A stretch of DNA of 64,000 nucleotides from Eubacteriales bacterium (GTDB lineage: Bacteria; Bacillota; Clostridia; Oscillospirales; CAG-272), in NCBI GenBank assembly GCA_045605175.1, contig JAZUPL010000095.1, forward strand, positions 5,509-69,508, given 5' to 3'. The position numbers were made by a program, and so were the translations under genes. Of the stretch, positions 38,353 through 48,090 are shown piece after piece. Every line of letters begins with the position of its first letter. Within the stretch, counting starts at the first letter, position 1. Below the pieces are notes generated by a model. The model saw nothing but the letters and a program-made list of their open reading frames with translations. It ran no database searches and was not told the origin of the DNA.

Positions 38353-39030
38353 CTATTCGTTTGGATATAGCGTAAGTTTATCCTCTTCGGCACGATAGAC
38401 ACCGAGAAAAATCTCGCAGACATCTCTATACCCCTGTTCTTTTAACCGTTTGGTAAGCCAGTTTTCATCACGCCCAATACGAGAAAGATTTTCCCCCATC
38501 ACTCGTCCGTCCATAATAACCTCGGTGCCAATGTGTGTCTCTTTTGCCACAATCATTAAGTCATCGGGAGTTGCGGGGCGACTTTGCGTCCTTGGCAGGA
38601 TAGACAGTTTGCCGTTGTGCTCAAATATAGCCGTTTGTATCTCCTCAAGGTCAAAATACCCCTGCTCTCGACAGAGCAGCATGAATTCGGAAAGATCGAG
38701 TTTTGCCTGCCTTAAATTTTTTCGGTAGAGTTTGCCCCCATTCATTAAAATGGTCGGAGTTCCGTTGATATATTTTCTCGTTTTAGGGATTTTGTGGGCT
38801 AAAAGATTTAACACGGCCCCCGTCAAACCGTAAATTATAAGTGCCACCAAGGGCTTATAGGGCTGTTCAAGTTCGATTGCCAACTCTGCACCTATTGAGC
38901 CTATTGTAATTCCCGACACATAGTCGAAAAAGTCAAGTTGTGCCACCTGCTTGTGTCCCATAAGTTTGGTAATGATAAACAGAGCCACAACAGATAATAT
39001 TGACGTCAATATGACCTTGAAAAAATCCAT
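38353..39030 (-). CDS. YetF/DUF421-family membrane protein
   Basis: N-terminal TM helices plus the QLDFFDYVSGITIGS motif typical of DUF421. 225 aa. Confidence 0.8.
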   Translation of the reverse strand: MDFFKVILTSILSVVALFIITKLMGHKQVAQLDFFDYVSGITIGSIGAELAIELEQPYKPLVALIIYGLTGAVLNLLAHKIPKTRKYINGTPTILMNGGKLYRKNLRQAKLDLSEFMLLCREQGYFDLEEIQTAIFEHNGKLSILPRTQSRPATPDDLMIVAKETHIGTEVIMDGRVMGENLSRIGRDENWLTKRLKEQGYRDVCEIFLGVYRAEEDKLTLYPNE

Positions 39031-39119
39031 TTTACCCCCAATTTTTGTTTGTAAATATTACCATAGCATGCAGCAAAACGCAAGGGAAAGCATAAAAACT
39101 ATTACAGTGTCTTTATTAG

Positions 39120-40772
39120 TCAACTAATTAGTTCGAGCAATTGTTCGATATTCTTTTTCCCAAAGGAGATAGTCTTATCATTTATTACAATACACGGCAC
39201 GCTCATGACGTTGTAGCGTTTCTTTATTTCTTCAAAGTGGTGCAGGTCGTAAATCTCGGCACTGACGTTTTGGTTTATAGAAGCCACCTTTTGTGCCGCT
39301 ACCACCGTGTCGGGGCACATCGTGCAGGACAGGGATACAAGCACCTTGATGTCTGTGGGATTATCAATTGCTTCAATTTTCTTTTTCGTTTCTTGGTCTA
39401 TGGTTTGTCCCGTGCCTGTTGCGTTGTAAATACCTAATACGAAGGAGGTAAATTCGTGCCCACCGGGTACACCGTGAAAGGCAAGTCCGGTTTCGGTGCC
39501 GTCGGTGTGACATATCTTTACACAGGGTGCAAAATCGGAGGAGGCGTTATCGTCTGCGACTTCCACGATGAGTTTGTCGGTTAAGAGGGCGAGTTCTTGC
39601 ATATACTCTCGAAGTTCCCCCGACACCTCTCGTTTGTCAAGGTAAAGCCTTAATATTGCGCTCCCACTCATTCGCTCAAACAGGGTGCGAAGTTGTGCTT
39701 TCATATCGGCGCTCAACAGTTCTCCTGTTTCGCTTTGACTATCGGCGTTAATTCTTTCTGTTTTTTCTTGATGTTCCTTTGCTTTTGGGGGTGTTGCCGA
39801 AATTCCCGTTCTTCGCTGTATAGTTGCAACATACTTTTCAAGTTCGGTGGCGGCGAGAGCACCGTCGCCGGTAGCCGTCACCACTTGGCGAAGGGGCTTG
39901 ATACAAACGTCGCCTGCTGCATATACGCCGTCGATATTCGTTCTCTGTTCCGAGTCGGTGACGATATATCCCTGCTCGTTAAGATCCACAAGCCCTCTTA
40001 CAATTTCTGTATCGGGAGCGTAACCGACAAAGACGAATACACCGAAGTTGTCACCGTTTTGCGCACGGTATTCGGTAATCCTTTCGGTTTTTGTATTTTT
40101 ATAGCGAATATAGTTAAGTCCACCGTCTCCTGATACTTCCTCAACAACCGTGTTCCTAAGAATACTTATCTTTTCGTGTTTCATTGCCGGCTCTGCAACT
40201 GCTGCCGCACAGGTAAAGTCATCGTCACGCATTAAAATAGTGACGTGGCGTGCGAATTTTGTAAGAAAAACGCTTTCCTCTGCCGCCGCATATCCACCAC
40301 CAACGACGAACACCTCTTTGCCTGTAAAAAATTCGCCATCGCAGGTAGCACAATAAGCCACGCCCCGACCTTTGTGTTCTTCTTCGCCCTTAAAGCCTAC
40401 TGTTCTTGGGTGTGCTCCCGTAGCGAGCAGAATACCAAGACAGTAATAATCACCCTTATCCGTCTTTACCGTTTTTATATCCCCACCCGTGTCAAGTTCT
40501 TTCGCCTCGGCAAGCAAAAACTCTGCACCAAAGGCGTCGGCTTGCAGTCTTATAGTTTCGGTCAGTTCCTTTCCGCTTACCTTTCTTAAGCCGGGGTAAT
40601 TTACCACCTCGTCTGTGATGGTAATTTGTCCGCCGAACGCCTCTTTTTCAAGTACCAGCACCCTGTATTTTGCTCGTGCAAGGTAGAGCGAAGCGGTAAG
40701 TCCTGCCGGGCCTCCTCCTATAATTATTACGTCATAGAGTCTTTCTTGATCATACTTTTTAGCATTTTCCAT
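39120..40772 (-). CDS. AhpF-like peroxiredoxin reductase with permuted domain order (TrxR module first, AhpF-NTD-like double Trx fold last)
   Basis: The N-terminus has GGGPAG, CATCDG, GGGYAA and AAGDV. After a low-complexity linker, the C-terminal ~200 aa carry GHEFTSFVLGI and CTMCPD, motifs of the AhpF N-terminal domain. The start overlaps the ahpC stop (TGATG). Confidence 0.88.
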   Translation of the reverse strand: MENAKKYDQERLYDVIIIGGGPAGLTASLYLARAKYRVLVLEKEAFGGQITITDEVVNYPGLRKVSGKELTETIRLQADAFGAEFLLAEAKELDTGGDIKTVKTDKGDYYCLGILLATGAHPRTVGFKGEEEHKGRGVAYCATCDGEFFTGKEVFVVGGGYAAAEESVFLTKFARHVTILMRDDDFTCAAAVAEPAMKHEKISILRNTVVEEVSGDGGLNYIRYKNTKTERITEYRAQNGDNFGVFVFVGYAPDTEIVRGLVDLNEQGYIVTDSEQRTNIDGVYAAGDVCIKPLRQVVTATGDGALAATELEKYVATIQRRTGISATPPKAKEHQEKTERINADSQSETGELLSADMKAQLRTLFERMSGSAILRLYLDKREVSGELREYMQELALLTDKLIVEVADDNASSDFAPCVKICHTDGTETGLAFHGVPGGHEFTSFVLGIYNATGTGQTIDQETKKKIEAIDNPTDIKVLVSLSCTMCPDTVVAAQKVASINQNVSAEIYDLHHFEEIKKRYNVMSVPCIVINDKTISFGKKNIEQLLELIS

Positions 40773-41335
40773 CAGAGTTGTCCTACAAGGTCAAGGCTGG
40801 GCTTAAGCGTTTCTTGGCCTGGCTTCCAGTTTGCAGGGCAGACCTGATCTCCGTGAGCGTGAACGAATTGACAAGCCTGAACTCTGCGGAACAGTTCCTC
40901 GGCGTTTCTTCCTACGTTTCCTGCCGTTACCTCGTAGCCTACGATTTTTCCCTCGGGGTTAATGATAAATGTTCCACGCTCGGCAAGACCGTCGGATTCT
41001 ATCAAAACTCCAAAGTCCCGTGAAATTGCGTGGGTAGGATCGGCAAGCATAGGATAATTAATCTTTTTGATTCTCTCGGAGGCGTCGTGCCACGCCTTGT
41101 GTACGAAGTGGGTGTCGGTAGATACCGAGTAAATTTCACAGCCTACGCCTTTGAACTGTTCGTATTTCTCCGCGAGGTCCTCAAGTTCTGTGGGACATAC
41201 GAAGGTAAAATCCGCAGGATAGAAGAAAAATACGCTCCACTTTCCGAGGATATCGTCCTTAGATACCTGTTTGAAAGTGTTTTCGTGGAAAGCCTGTGCC
41301 TTGAAGTTTGAAATTTCTTTGTTAATCATTGACAT
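40772..41335 (-). CDS. ahpC: Typical 2-Cys peroxiredoxin (alkyl hydroperoxide reductase C)
   Basis: FFFYPADFTFVCPTE peroxidatic Cys motif and resolving Cys in HGDQVCPANW. Start chosen at ATG 41335 (MSMINKE), 9 nt after GGAG. Confidence 0.93.
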   Translation of the reverse strand: MSMINKEISNFKAQAFHENTFKQVSKDDILGKWSVFFFYPADFTFVCPTELEDLAEKYEQFKGVGCEIYSVSTDTHFVHKAWHDASERIKKINYPMLADPTHAISRDFGVLIESDGLAERGTFIINPEGKIVGYEVTAGNVGRNAEELFRRVQACQFVHAHGDQVCPANWKPGQETLKPSLDLVGQL

Positions 41336-41464
41336 AAACATAATCTCCTTTTCTCTTTAAGAGGTCATCCTCTTTTCAAGACAAATTATGCCCGATTTAG
41401 GCGTAAATAATTCAGCAGAAAATGGGTATAATACCGAATGCAAACAGCATTTTAGGAGTCGATT

Positions 41465-42886
41465 ATGGAACAAACAAATTCAAAACCTTATCTTTCGGGT
41501 TTTATCCCTTATGCATTTGCGGCTTTCATGATAGGTATAATCGGCGGGTTTACAACCGTACTTGGCCCTGCGTTCGTTAAGGATTTGGGTTTGGCGTATA
41601 ATAATACGACTTGGACCGCCCTTGCGATGTTTATATCTACCGCCACATTTGCCCCTATCCTTGGAAAGCTTGGCGATGTAATGGGCAGGCGTGTAACCCT
41701 TCTTCTTGGAATTATGATATTTATTTTGGGAAATATTATGACGGCAATAGCACCGTCACTGTGGTTTATGCTTGCGGCGAGATTTGTCGTCGGTATAGGA
41801 AGTGCGGCGGTTGCCCCTGTGGTTATTGCATATATAATCAGTGAGTTTCCGCCTGATAAGGTTTCGGGGGGATTTTCGCTTTATATGCTTATTTCAAGTG
41901 CGGCGGTTATCTTTGGCCCAACGCTTGGCGGTCTTATTATAGAACGGTGGGGTTGGCGATTTATGATGTGGATATGCGTTTTAATTTCTGCTCTTATATT
42001 CTTGGTTTGCCTGATAACTAACAAAGAAAGAAACTATAAGAAAAAAGCCCTATCCGATTTTGATGGACTTGGTAGCGTGTTCGTTGTGATATTTTTCAGT
42101 CTAATTCTTTGCGTCCCCTCCTTCGGTCAGAATTTCGGCTGGACTTCGGTGGCATTTTTATCGGTTTTGATATGTGCCGCTTTATCGCTTGTTATACTGG
42201 TATTGGTCGAAAAACGAGCCAAAACACCGCTTTTACAAGGGGATTTTATGATTCGACGCTCGTTTATTCTCTCGGTCTTGGCACTTTTTCTCACCCAGGG
42301 GCTTATGCAGGCAAATATGACTAATATAATTGTTTTCGTAAACTATACTCAACCCGAAAACACGGTTATATCGGGATATGCTATCTCGATTATGTACCTT
42401 GGAATGTCGCTTGGCTCGATTATTTTAGGGCCTCTTGCCGACAAATTTGAGCCAAAACATATTTTGACGGTTTCCTTTGTCGTCACGGCTGTCGGTTGTG
42501 CTTTGATGCTCCTGTTTTCGCCTGCTACCTCGGTCCTGTTGCTTGCCTTGTCGCTCGGTATTCTCGGCTTTGGACTTGGGGCAAATGCTACTATCTTTAT
42601 GAGGGTTGTCCTCTCGGGAATTTCTGCTAAAAAGGCGGGAACGGCAACCGGAACCTACGGACTGTTTCGAGATCTTGCCGCCCCCTTTGGCGTTGCGGTT
42701 TTCGTTCCTTTGTTTACTAATCGCATAACGACGGGTATTTCAGCGGGGCTTGACGAGGTCACCGCGGCACTAAATTCTATAAAAATGCTGGCAACGGCAG
42801 AAATTATATGTATTGCAGTCGGAATAATAGCGGTTTTATTATTGCCGAAAATTCATAATAGAGAGGAAGTTGTATATGAAACTTAA
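41465..42886 (+). CDS. MFS transporter (14-TM drug:H+ antiporter-like)
   Basis: 473 aa with MFS motif A-like GKLGDVMGRR and about 14 hydrophobic segments. Confidence 0.88.
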   Translation: MEQTNSKPYLSGFIPYAFAAFMIGIIGGFTTVLGPAFVKDLGLAYNNTTWTALAMFISTATFAPILGKLGDVMGRRVTLLLGIMIFILGNIMTAIAPSLWFMLAARFVVGIGSAAVAPVVIAYIISEFPPDKVSGGFSLYMLISSAAVIFGPTLGGLIIERWGWRFMMWICVLISALIFLVCLITNKERNYKKKALSDFDGLGSVFVVIFFSLILCVPSFGQNFGWTSVAFLSVLICAALSLVILVLVEKRAKTPLLQGDFMIRRSFILSVLALFLTQGLMQANMTNIIVFVNYTQPENTVISGYAISIMYLGMSLGSIILGPLADKFEPKHILTVSFVVTAVGCALMLLFSPATSVLLLALSLGILGFGLGANATIFMRVVLSGISAKKAGTATGTYGLFRDLAAPFGVAVFVPLFTNRITTGISAGLDEVTAALNSIKMLATAEIICIAVGIIAVLLLPKIHNREEVVYET

Positions 42887-43667
42887 GGATAAGGTGATAA
42901 TAGTCACTGCCTCAACGAGAGGAATAGGGCTTGCTATCAGCGAAGAATGTGCCAAAGAGGGCGCTAAGGTTTATATGGCGGCAAGAAATCTTGAAAGAGC
43001 AGAGAGCGAAGCGAAAAGGCTAACCGAGTCAGGATATTCGGTAAAATGCGTGTATAACGATGCAAGTGTTGCCGAGTCCTACGCAACAATGGCAGAGGCG
43101 GTGGCGAAAGATGCGGGGCGAATAGACGTACTTGTAAACAACTTTGGCACCTCAAATCCAAAGCGTGACTTGGATATTTGGAGCACCGATGCCGATGTTT
43201 TTATAGATACGGTTACGGTGAATTTAAGAAGCGTGTTTATGGCAAGCAAAGAGGTTTACAAATATATGAGTGGGAGGGGCAGTATAATAAACATCTCCTC
43301 GGTCGGCGGAATAGTTCCCGACATTTCGCAAATCGCCTACGGCACTTCAAAGGCGGCTATAAACTATCTGACAAAATTGATAGCGGTACACGGGGCAAAA
43401 GAGGGTATTCGGTGTAATGCTGTGCTCCCCGGAATGACGGCAACCGATGCCGTTATGGAAAATTTAAGCGACGGTTTTAAGGAGTTTTTCTTAAAACACA
43501 TTCCCCTTGGGCGAATGGGACTTCCCGAGGAAATTGCTGCCGCCGTAGTATATTTTGCAAGCGATGACTCCGCCTATACCACAGGACAAATTTTAACCGT
43601 TTCGGGCGGTTTTGGTCTTGCAACCCCCTTGTACAGAGATCTAAAGGACAAGACTGGCAGAAGATGA
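42876..43667 (+). CDS. Short-chain dehydrogenase/reductase (SDR)
   Basis: TASTRGIGLAI cofactor motif and YGTSKAA catalytic motif. ATG 42876 overlaps the MFS gene end by 11 nt. Confidence 0.88.
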   Translation: MKLKDKVIIVTASTRGIGLAISEECAKEGAKVYMAARNLERAESEAKRLTESGYSVKCVYNDASVAESYATMAEAVAKDAGRIDVLVNNFGTSNPKRDLDIWSTDADVFIDTVTVNLRSVFMASKEVYKYMSGRGSIINISSVGGIVPDISQIAYGTSKAAINYLTKLIAVHGAKEGIRCNAVLPGMTATDAVMENLSDGFKEFFLKHIPLGRMGLPEEIAAAVVYFASDDSAYTTGQILTVSGGFGLATPLYRDLKDKTGRR

Positions 43668-43706
43668 TATTAGCAACCGAAATACACTTATAACAAAGTA
43701 TAAACG

Positions 43707-43738
43707 AGAGGGCTGACGGTGTGTACCGTCAGCCCTCT
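43707..43738. terminator. Strong stem-loop after the SDR gene
   Basis: 14-bp perfect stem AGAGGGCTGACGGT/ACCGTCAGCCCTCT with loop GTGT. The T-rich flank is only on the minus-strand side. Confidence 0.6.
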
Positions 43739-43985
43739 AAAATTGCGGTTCAGAAAGCAAACAAAAAGGCTTTGAGAAACCTTCACAAAGCCTTCTATAT
43801 CTCTTGACAGATGACGCTCAGGACGAGCAACCTACCGATGTTGGTCTGACGCTAACCATTGACGATGCCGTGCGTAAAACAAGCAAGGGCTGTTGACCTA
43901 AAACACATCGAATAAAGTTATGTTTTAGCCTCCGACGGGGAAGGGGTTTATGGAGGATTTTTCAAAAAAGTGTTGTTATCCGCTT

Positions 43986-44114
43986 TAATTTCCACCCGGA
44001 CCATCTTTACGCTCACGGGTATCGGTAACCTCTATTTTGCCTTTAATATCACCGGGTTTGGTAAGAGGCTTTTTTGGCTCTTGTGATTTTTTCATATTCT
44101 TGTTTTTTGCCATA
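43986..44114 (-). CDS. Small basic hypothetical protein (42 aa; not in the ORF track)
   Basis: My translation: MAKNKNMKKSQEPKKPLTKPGDIKGKIEVTDTRERKDGPGGN. GGAG lies 8 nt upstream of ATG 44114, which is 17 nt downstream of the preceding gene's stop. Confidence 0.35.
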
Positions 44115-44131
44115 TCAAATGCTCCTTTCTT

Positions 44132-46090
44132 CTATTCAGTGTTTGCATTTTCCGACAATTCATTCAAGTCGTTTGTTGGTGGCAGACAACTATGCCCTCG
44201 ACACAGGTAATAGGTGGTCTTGCCCTTTTTGAGAGGGTACTCTTTTGTGGGCTGCGACAGAAGTATAACGATAGCATCGGGCGGAAATAGAAGTGGCAAA
44301 CTGCTTTTTTGGGTTTGTTCATTGAGCACGACGGTTATTTTCATCGGTGGCTTGGTGTGTTCCAAAAGCGACCTCAAAAACATTGCGTGGTTCATAGGGT
44401 ATAGTGCGGCGGTTTGAGAAAGAAAGTCAATCTGCCTCCTCGCTTCCTTTTCGTATATATCCTCATTCGTCAGAAGCGAAAGGCGAACAAGGTTATAAGA
44501 CATCAGCGAGTTGCCACTTGGGATAGCACCGTCATAGGTTTCTTTCGGACGCAGGATCAATTCCTGATGAGATATGCCGTACAAATAAAATCCCCCCGTA
44601 TTGCCGCCAAAATCCGATATAACCTTGTTGCATAAACGTTTTGCTCTATTCAAATATTCGCTTTCAAGCGTGGCACGGTACAGCGACATTTGAGCAAAAA
44701 TATACGAAGAATAATCATCGAGAAAGCCCTCCACACCCCGTTTTTCCATATGGAAACTGACGTATAGCGTTTCGCTCTCGCACAAATGCCTTTGTATAAA
44801 GCGATCGGCGTCCACAGCGGCACGAAGATACATTTCCTTCCTGCTGACAAGATACAACTCGCACATCGCGGCTATCATTAGACTATTCCACGAAGTCAGT
44901 ATTTTCTCGTCGCGATGGAGTTTAGTTCGCTTTTTTCGGTAATTGGCAAGTGCCGAAAGAAAAGGCTCGAAGGTCTTATCGTAAGGAGAACTTTTTAGCA
45001 GGTTTGGAATACTTTTACCCTCAAAATTGCCTATATCCGTGATGTCGAAGTGACGATTGAAGCGCGCTCCGTCCTCTTGCCCAAGTATCCCGACTATCTC
45101 GTCTGGGGTGAACAGATAGTATTTTCCCTCCTCCCCCTCACTGTCGGCATCCTGCGAACTGTAAAAGCCCCCACCGTCCGAGGTCATTTCGCCCAGAATA
45201 TAGTTCGCCGTTTTTTCTGCTATATCAAGATATATCCCCTTTTTCGTCACCGTATAAGCCTTGCAATACGCAAGTATTAAGAGTGCGTTGTCGTACAGCA
45301 TTTTTTCGAAATGGGGAACGAGGAACTTTTTATCGGTGGAATAGCGACAGAAACCAAAACCGACGTGGTCGAACATACCACCACGGTACATTTGCAAGAG
45401 GGTTTGCTCTGCCATACTTAGGCACGTGGCGGTTTTGTAATGCTCGTAATAATCAAGCAAAAACAGAAGATTGTGCGGTGTCGGAAATTTTGGTGCTCGT
45501 CCGAAGCCGCCGTGCTTTTTATCATAATTTCTCTCATACTGCGATACCGCCAAACGAGCAAGATCTGTATCAACCGCTTTTGTAAATTTTTGCGACCTAT
45601 TCAAATGCTTGATTATCTCGTCGGACTGTCGCATCAACAAATCACGGTCTAAAATCCATTTTTCGTGTATGGTGAGCAGCAACTCTCGAAAGCCTATCAT
45701 ACCACCACGGGAGGTCTTGGGGAAATAGGTTCCTGCAAAAAACGGCTTCTGGTCTGCACTCATAAAAATACTTGTAGGCCAGCCACCCCCTCCGGTAAAG
45801 GCTTGACAGACCGTCATATAGACGCTGTCAATATCGGGGCGCTCCTCCTTGTCAACCTTGATGGATACAAAATATTTGTTTAATATTCCTGCGATTTCTT
45901 CATCTTCAAAACTCTCGTGGGCGAGCACGTGACACCAATGGCACGCACTGTATCCAATACTTAAAAAGACAGGCTTGTCCTCCCTCGACGCGCGTTCAAA
46001 CGCTTCCTCACACCAAGGATACCAGTCAACAGGATTGTCTTTATGCTGAAGCAAATAGGGGCTTGTTTCATTTGCTAAACGATTGCTCAT
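44132..46090 (-). CDS. Thioredoxin-domain protein of the DUF255/YyaL family (Trx fold + six-hairpin glycosidase-like domain)
   Basis: N-terminus [17 protein letters not shown]...[14 protein letters not shown] is typical of DUF255. 652 aa. Confidence 0.88.
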   Translation of the reverse strand: MSNRLANETSPYLLQHKDNPVDWYPWCEEAFERASREDKPVFLSIGYSACHWCHVLAHESFEDEEIAGILNKYFVSIKVDKEERPDIDSVYMTVCQAFTGGGGWPTSIFMSADQKPFFAGTYFPKTSRGGMIGFRELLLTIHEKWILDRDLLMRQSDEIIKHLNRSQKFTKAVDTDLARLAVSQYERNYDKKHGGFGRAPKFPTPHNLLFLLDYYEHYKTATCLSMAEQTLLQMYRGGMFDHVGFGFCRYSTDKKFLVPHFEKMLYDNALLILAYCKAYTVTKKGIYLDIAEKTANYILGEMTSDGGGFYSSQDADSEGEEGKYYLFTPDEIVGILGQEDGARFNRHFDITDIGNFEGKSIPNLLKSSPYDKTFEPFLSALANYRKKRTKLHRDEKILTSWNSLMIAAMCELYLVSRKEMYLRAAVDADRFIQRHLCESETLYVSFHMEKRGVEGFLDDYSSYIFAQMSLYRATLESEYLNRAKRLCNKVISDFGGNTGGFYLYGISHQELILRPKETYDGAIPSGNSLMSYNLVRLSLLTNEDIYEKEARRQIDFLSQTAALYPMNHAMFLRSLLEHTKPPMKITVVLNEQTQKSSLPLLFPPDAIVILLSQPTKEYPLKKGKTTYYLCRGHSCLPPTNDLNELSENANTE

Positions 46091-46153
46091 ATCTTTACCT
46101 CCGTTATCACTTTTATTTTTAACATTGGTCGAAAATAATTTACTATCAAATTA

Positions 46154-46182
46154 TTGACAAATTTATGTATATGTGTTAAAAT
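46154..46182 (+). promoter_or_regulatory. Near-consensus sigma-A promoter for the surface-protein genes
   Basis: TTGACA (46154-46159), 17-nt spacer, TGtTAAAAT (hexamer 46177-46182). It shares the string TGTGTTAAAAT with the rimM promoter. Confidence 0.5.
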
Positions 46183-46258
46183 AAACTTTACCCTTAATTA
46201 AAATATATATTTTATTGCTTTTTAATAGATTTAGGAAGCAGGAGCATAGGAGGCAGGT

Positions 46259-47965
46259 ATGATAAAAAATACAGCAAAACGGTTGGTGGCACTTATTTTG
46301 GCTTTGATTGCCGTTTTTGTTTTGGTGTCGTGTGGTAAATGTGAGCACGATTATAAGGACGGGATTTGCACCCTGTGTGGTGAAGATGACCATGATTATG
46401 TGAAGCCCTGTAACCATACATACTCTCTCGGCGTTTGCACTTCTTGCGGCTCTTTTTGCAAGCACAGTTTTGCTAACGGTGCGTGTGCAATCTGTGGTTT
46501 TGTCTGCACACACAGTTATGCTAACGGTGCGTGCATAACCTGCGGTATATCTTGCACTCACAATTACGTTGATAGCGTTTGTACTATTTGCGGTATTGAC
46601 TGCGCGCATATATACAACGAGGGAATTTGCGGGAATTGCGGTGCAGAGGACCCTGATTATATACCTGCCGACGGCGGTGAATCTCTTTATAATGAAATCG
46701 TTGAGAAATATAAATATCTCGTTCTCTACAAGTATATGAACGAGGAACTCCCCCAAAAGGGTGACAACGCTCCCTTTTACATTGACGCACTTTACGAGGT
46801 CGTTGGCCAGTTTGACCCCACCAAGAACCTCGGATATGCTTTCAAGGATATTGACGGCGACGGGTATGTCGAACTCTTTTTAACCGAGAATTCAAATCGC
46901 ATATATGCTATGTTTACCATTCTTGACAAGTCGCCTAATCTCGTTTCAACCTTCCAGCAAGGAATGGGTTATCTTGGCCCCTCTGGAACGGTTTTCTTCA
47001 ACTCTAAGAAATTCGATTTAGAAGGTGGGCAGATCTACCTCGGAAACCATATAACTCGCCTTGTCAAGGGAGAACTTGTTGGCATAGCATACGGTTGGGA
47101 GGATTCTGACGAGGATTATGGAACGCAGAATGACGAGGTTTACTTTATAGTAACCGAAGACGGTACAAAAAATGTGCTTTCTTATGAAGAATATAAAGAG
47201 TTCCGCAGTGCTTATCAATATTTCTGGGAATACCCGACTCGACTGACAAAACTTAACCATTTGCAGTTTAAGTCTGCTCTTACCGACGTCAATTTGACCG
47301 ATATAGTTGCAGATTTTTCCACCTACGAGGCTATCATCAAGACCTTTGCCCTTATGCATTCCGAGGTGGCGGGCGGTAAATACGTCAGAAGCAAATGGGT
47401 GGGCGGCGAATACGATAACGGAATGGTATTTGAAAGTTATGAGGATTTCGTTATTTACAACAAACTGCTTTCCGCCTGCGTTCTCGTTCAGAATAACCAG
47501 AGTGCCAAATTCGGCTATGCCAGAGCAGATATTAACGGTGACGGAGTTGAAGAACTCATTCTTCTTGAAAGCAAGTATCACGTTCTTGCGATTTTTACCG
47601 AAGTTGACGGCAAGGTAGAACTTGTTGATTCCTATACCGATACAAGGTCGGCGTTTATTGACGGAGAGGGTAATATCCACGTTTGCAAAAAGACGGTGCC
47701 CGGCGGTAGCGAGGATTATGAATACTTCGTTTACGAAATAGAGGGCGGAAAAGCGGTTGCCAAGATAGCAATTGCTCAAAAGACCAATTATGACGGCACA
47801 CAGACTTTTTATTACAGGATAAACGGAACGACTTATGAGGAAATAGAGAAGTCGGAATTTGACGAACTATATACTCAATACGCCGGTGATATAGCAGAGG
47901 AGTCCTTCAGTTCTTATACCAAAAATAAGTCAGGACTCACCTTCGTTTTGGCAACTGCCGATTGA
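46259..47965 (+). CDS. Lipoprotein with an N-terminal Cys/His mini-repeat array and DxDGDG calcium-loop-like motifs
   Basis: Lipobox LVSC|G. Six C-x-H-x-[YF]-x2-G-x-C-x2-CG units. Later come DIDGDGYVELF and DINGDGVEELILL (FG-GAP/EF-hand-like). Confidence 0.8.
   Translation: MIKNTAKRLVALILALIAVFVLVSCGKCEHDYKDGICTLCGEDDHDYVKPCNHTYSLGVCTSCGSFCKHSFANGACAICGFVCTHSYANGACITCGISCTHNYVDSVCTICGIDCAHIYNEGICGNCGAEDPDYIPADGGESLYNEIVEKYKYLVLYKYMNEELPQKGDNAPFYIDALYEVVGQFDPTKNLGYAFKDIDGDGYVELFLTENSNRIYAMFTILDKSPNLVSTFQQGMGYLGPSGTVFFNSKKFDLEGGQIYLGNHITRLVKGELVGIAYGWEDSDEDYGTQNDEVYFIVTEDGTKNVLSYEEYKEFRSAYQYFWEYPTRLTKLNHLQFKSALTDVNLTDIVADFSTYEAIIKTFALMHSEVAGGKYVRSKWVGGEYDNGMVFESYEDFVIYNKLLSACVLVQNNQSAKFGYARADINGDGVEELILLESKYHVLAIFTEVDGKVELVDSYTDTRSAFIDGEGNIHVCKKTVPGGSEDYEYFVYEIEGGKAVAKIAIAQKTNYDGTQTFYYRINGTTYEEIEKSEFDELYTQYAGDIAEESFSSYTKNKSGLTFVLATAD
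46340..46660 (+). repeat. Six tandem coding repeats of about 48 nt (16 aa, Cys3His)
   Basis: CEHDYKDGICTLCG / CNHTYSLGVCTSCG / CKHSFANGACAICG / CTHSYANGACITCG / CTHNYVDSVCTICG / CAHIYNEGICGNCG. Adjacent units are also similar at DNA level (gctaacggtgcgtg occurs twice). Confidence 0.85.
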
Positions 47966-48090
47966 GCGTATAAAAGACTTATAAAAAGCGAAAATGAGCG
48001 GAGAAGTACATAAAATCTATGAATGTTTCCATAGCAAACGAATCTAGAGATAAAAACAGAGAATATAAGGCGGAATAAGAGGTAAGTGAA

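Noticed and set aside
41342-41464. PerR-type or TGTGA-N5-TCACA operator in the ahpC/MFS divergent region
   Set aside because: Only a short AAGAGG-N4-CCTCTT hairpin in the ahpC 5' region and a GGTATAATACC palindrome at the MFS -10 are present. Neither matches the PerR box or the Crp/Fnr-type motif found at trxA, trxB and dfx.
46163-47779. Minus-strand ORFs of 197 and 253 aa opposite the Cys/His-repeat lipoprotein gene
   Set aside because: These are shadow ORFs. The plus-strand gene has a promoter, an SD, a lipobox and repeat structure, while the minus-strand translations are featureless.
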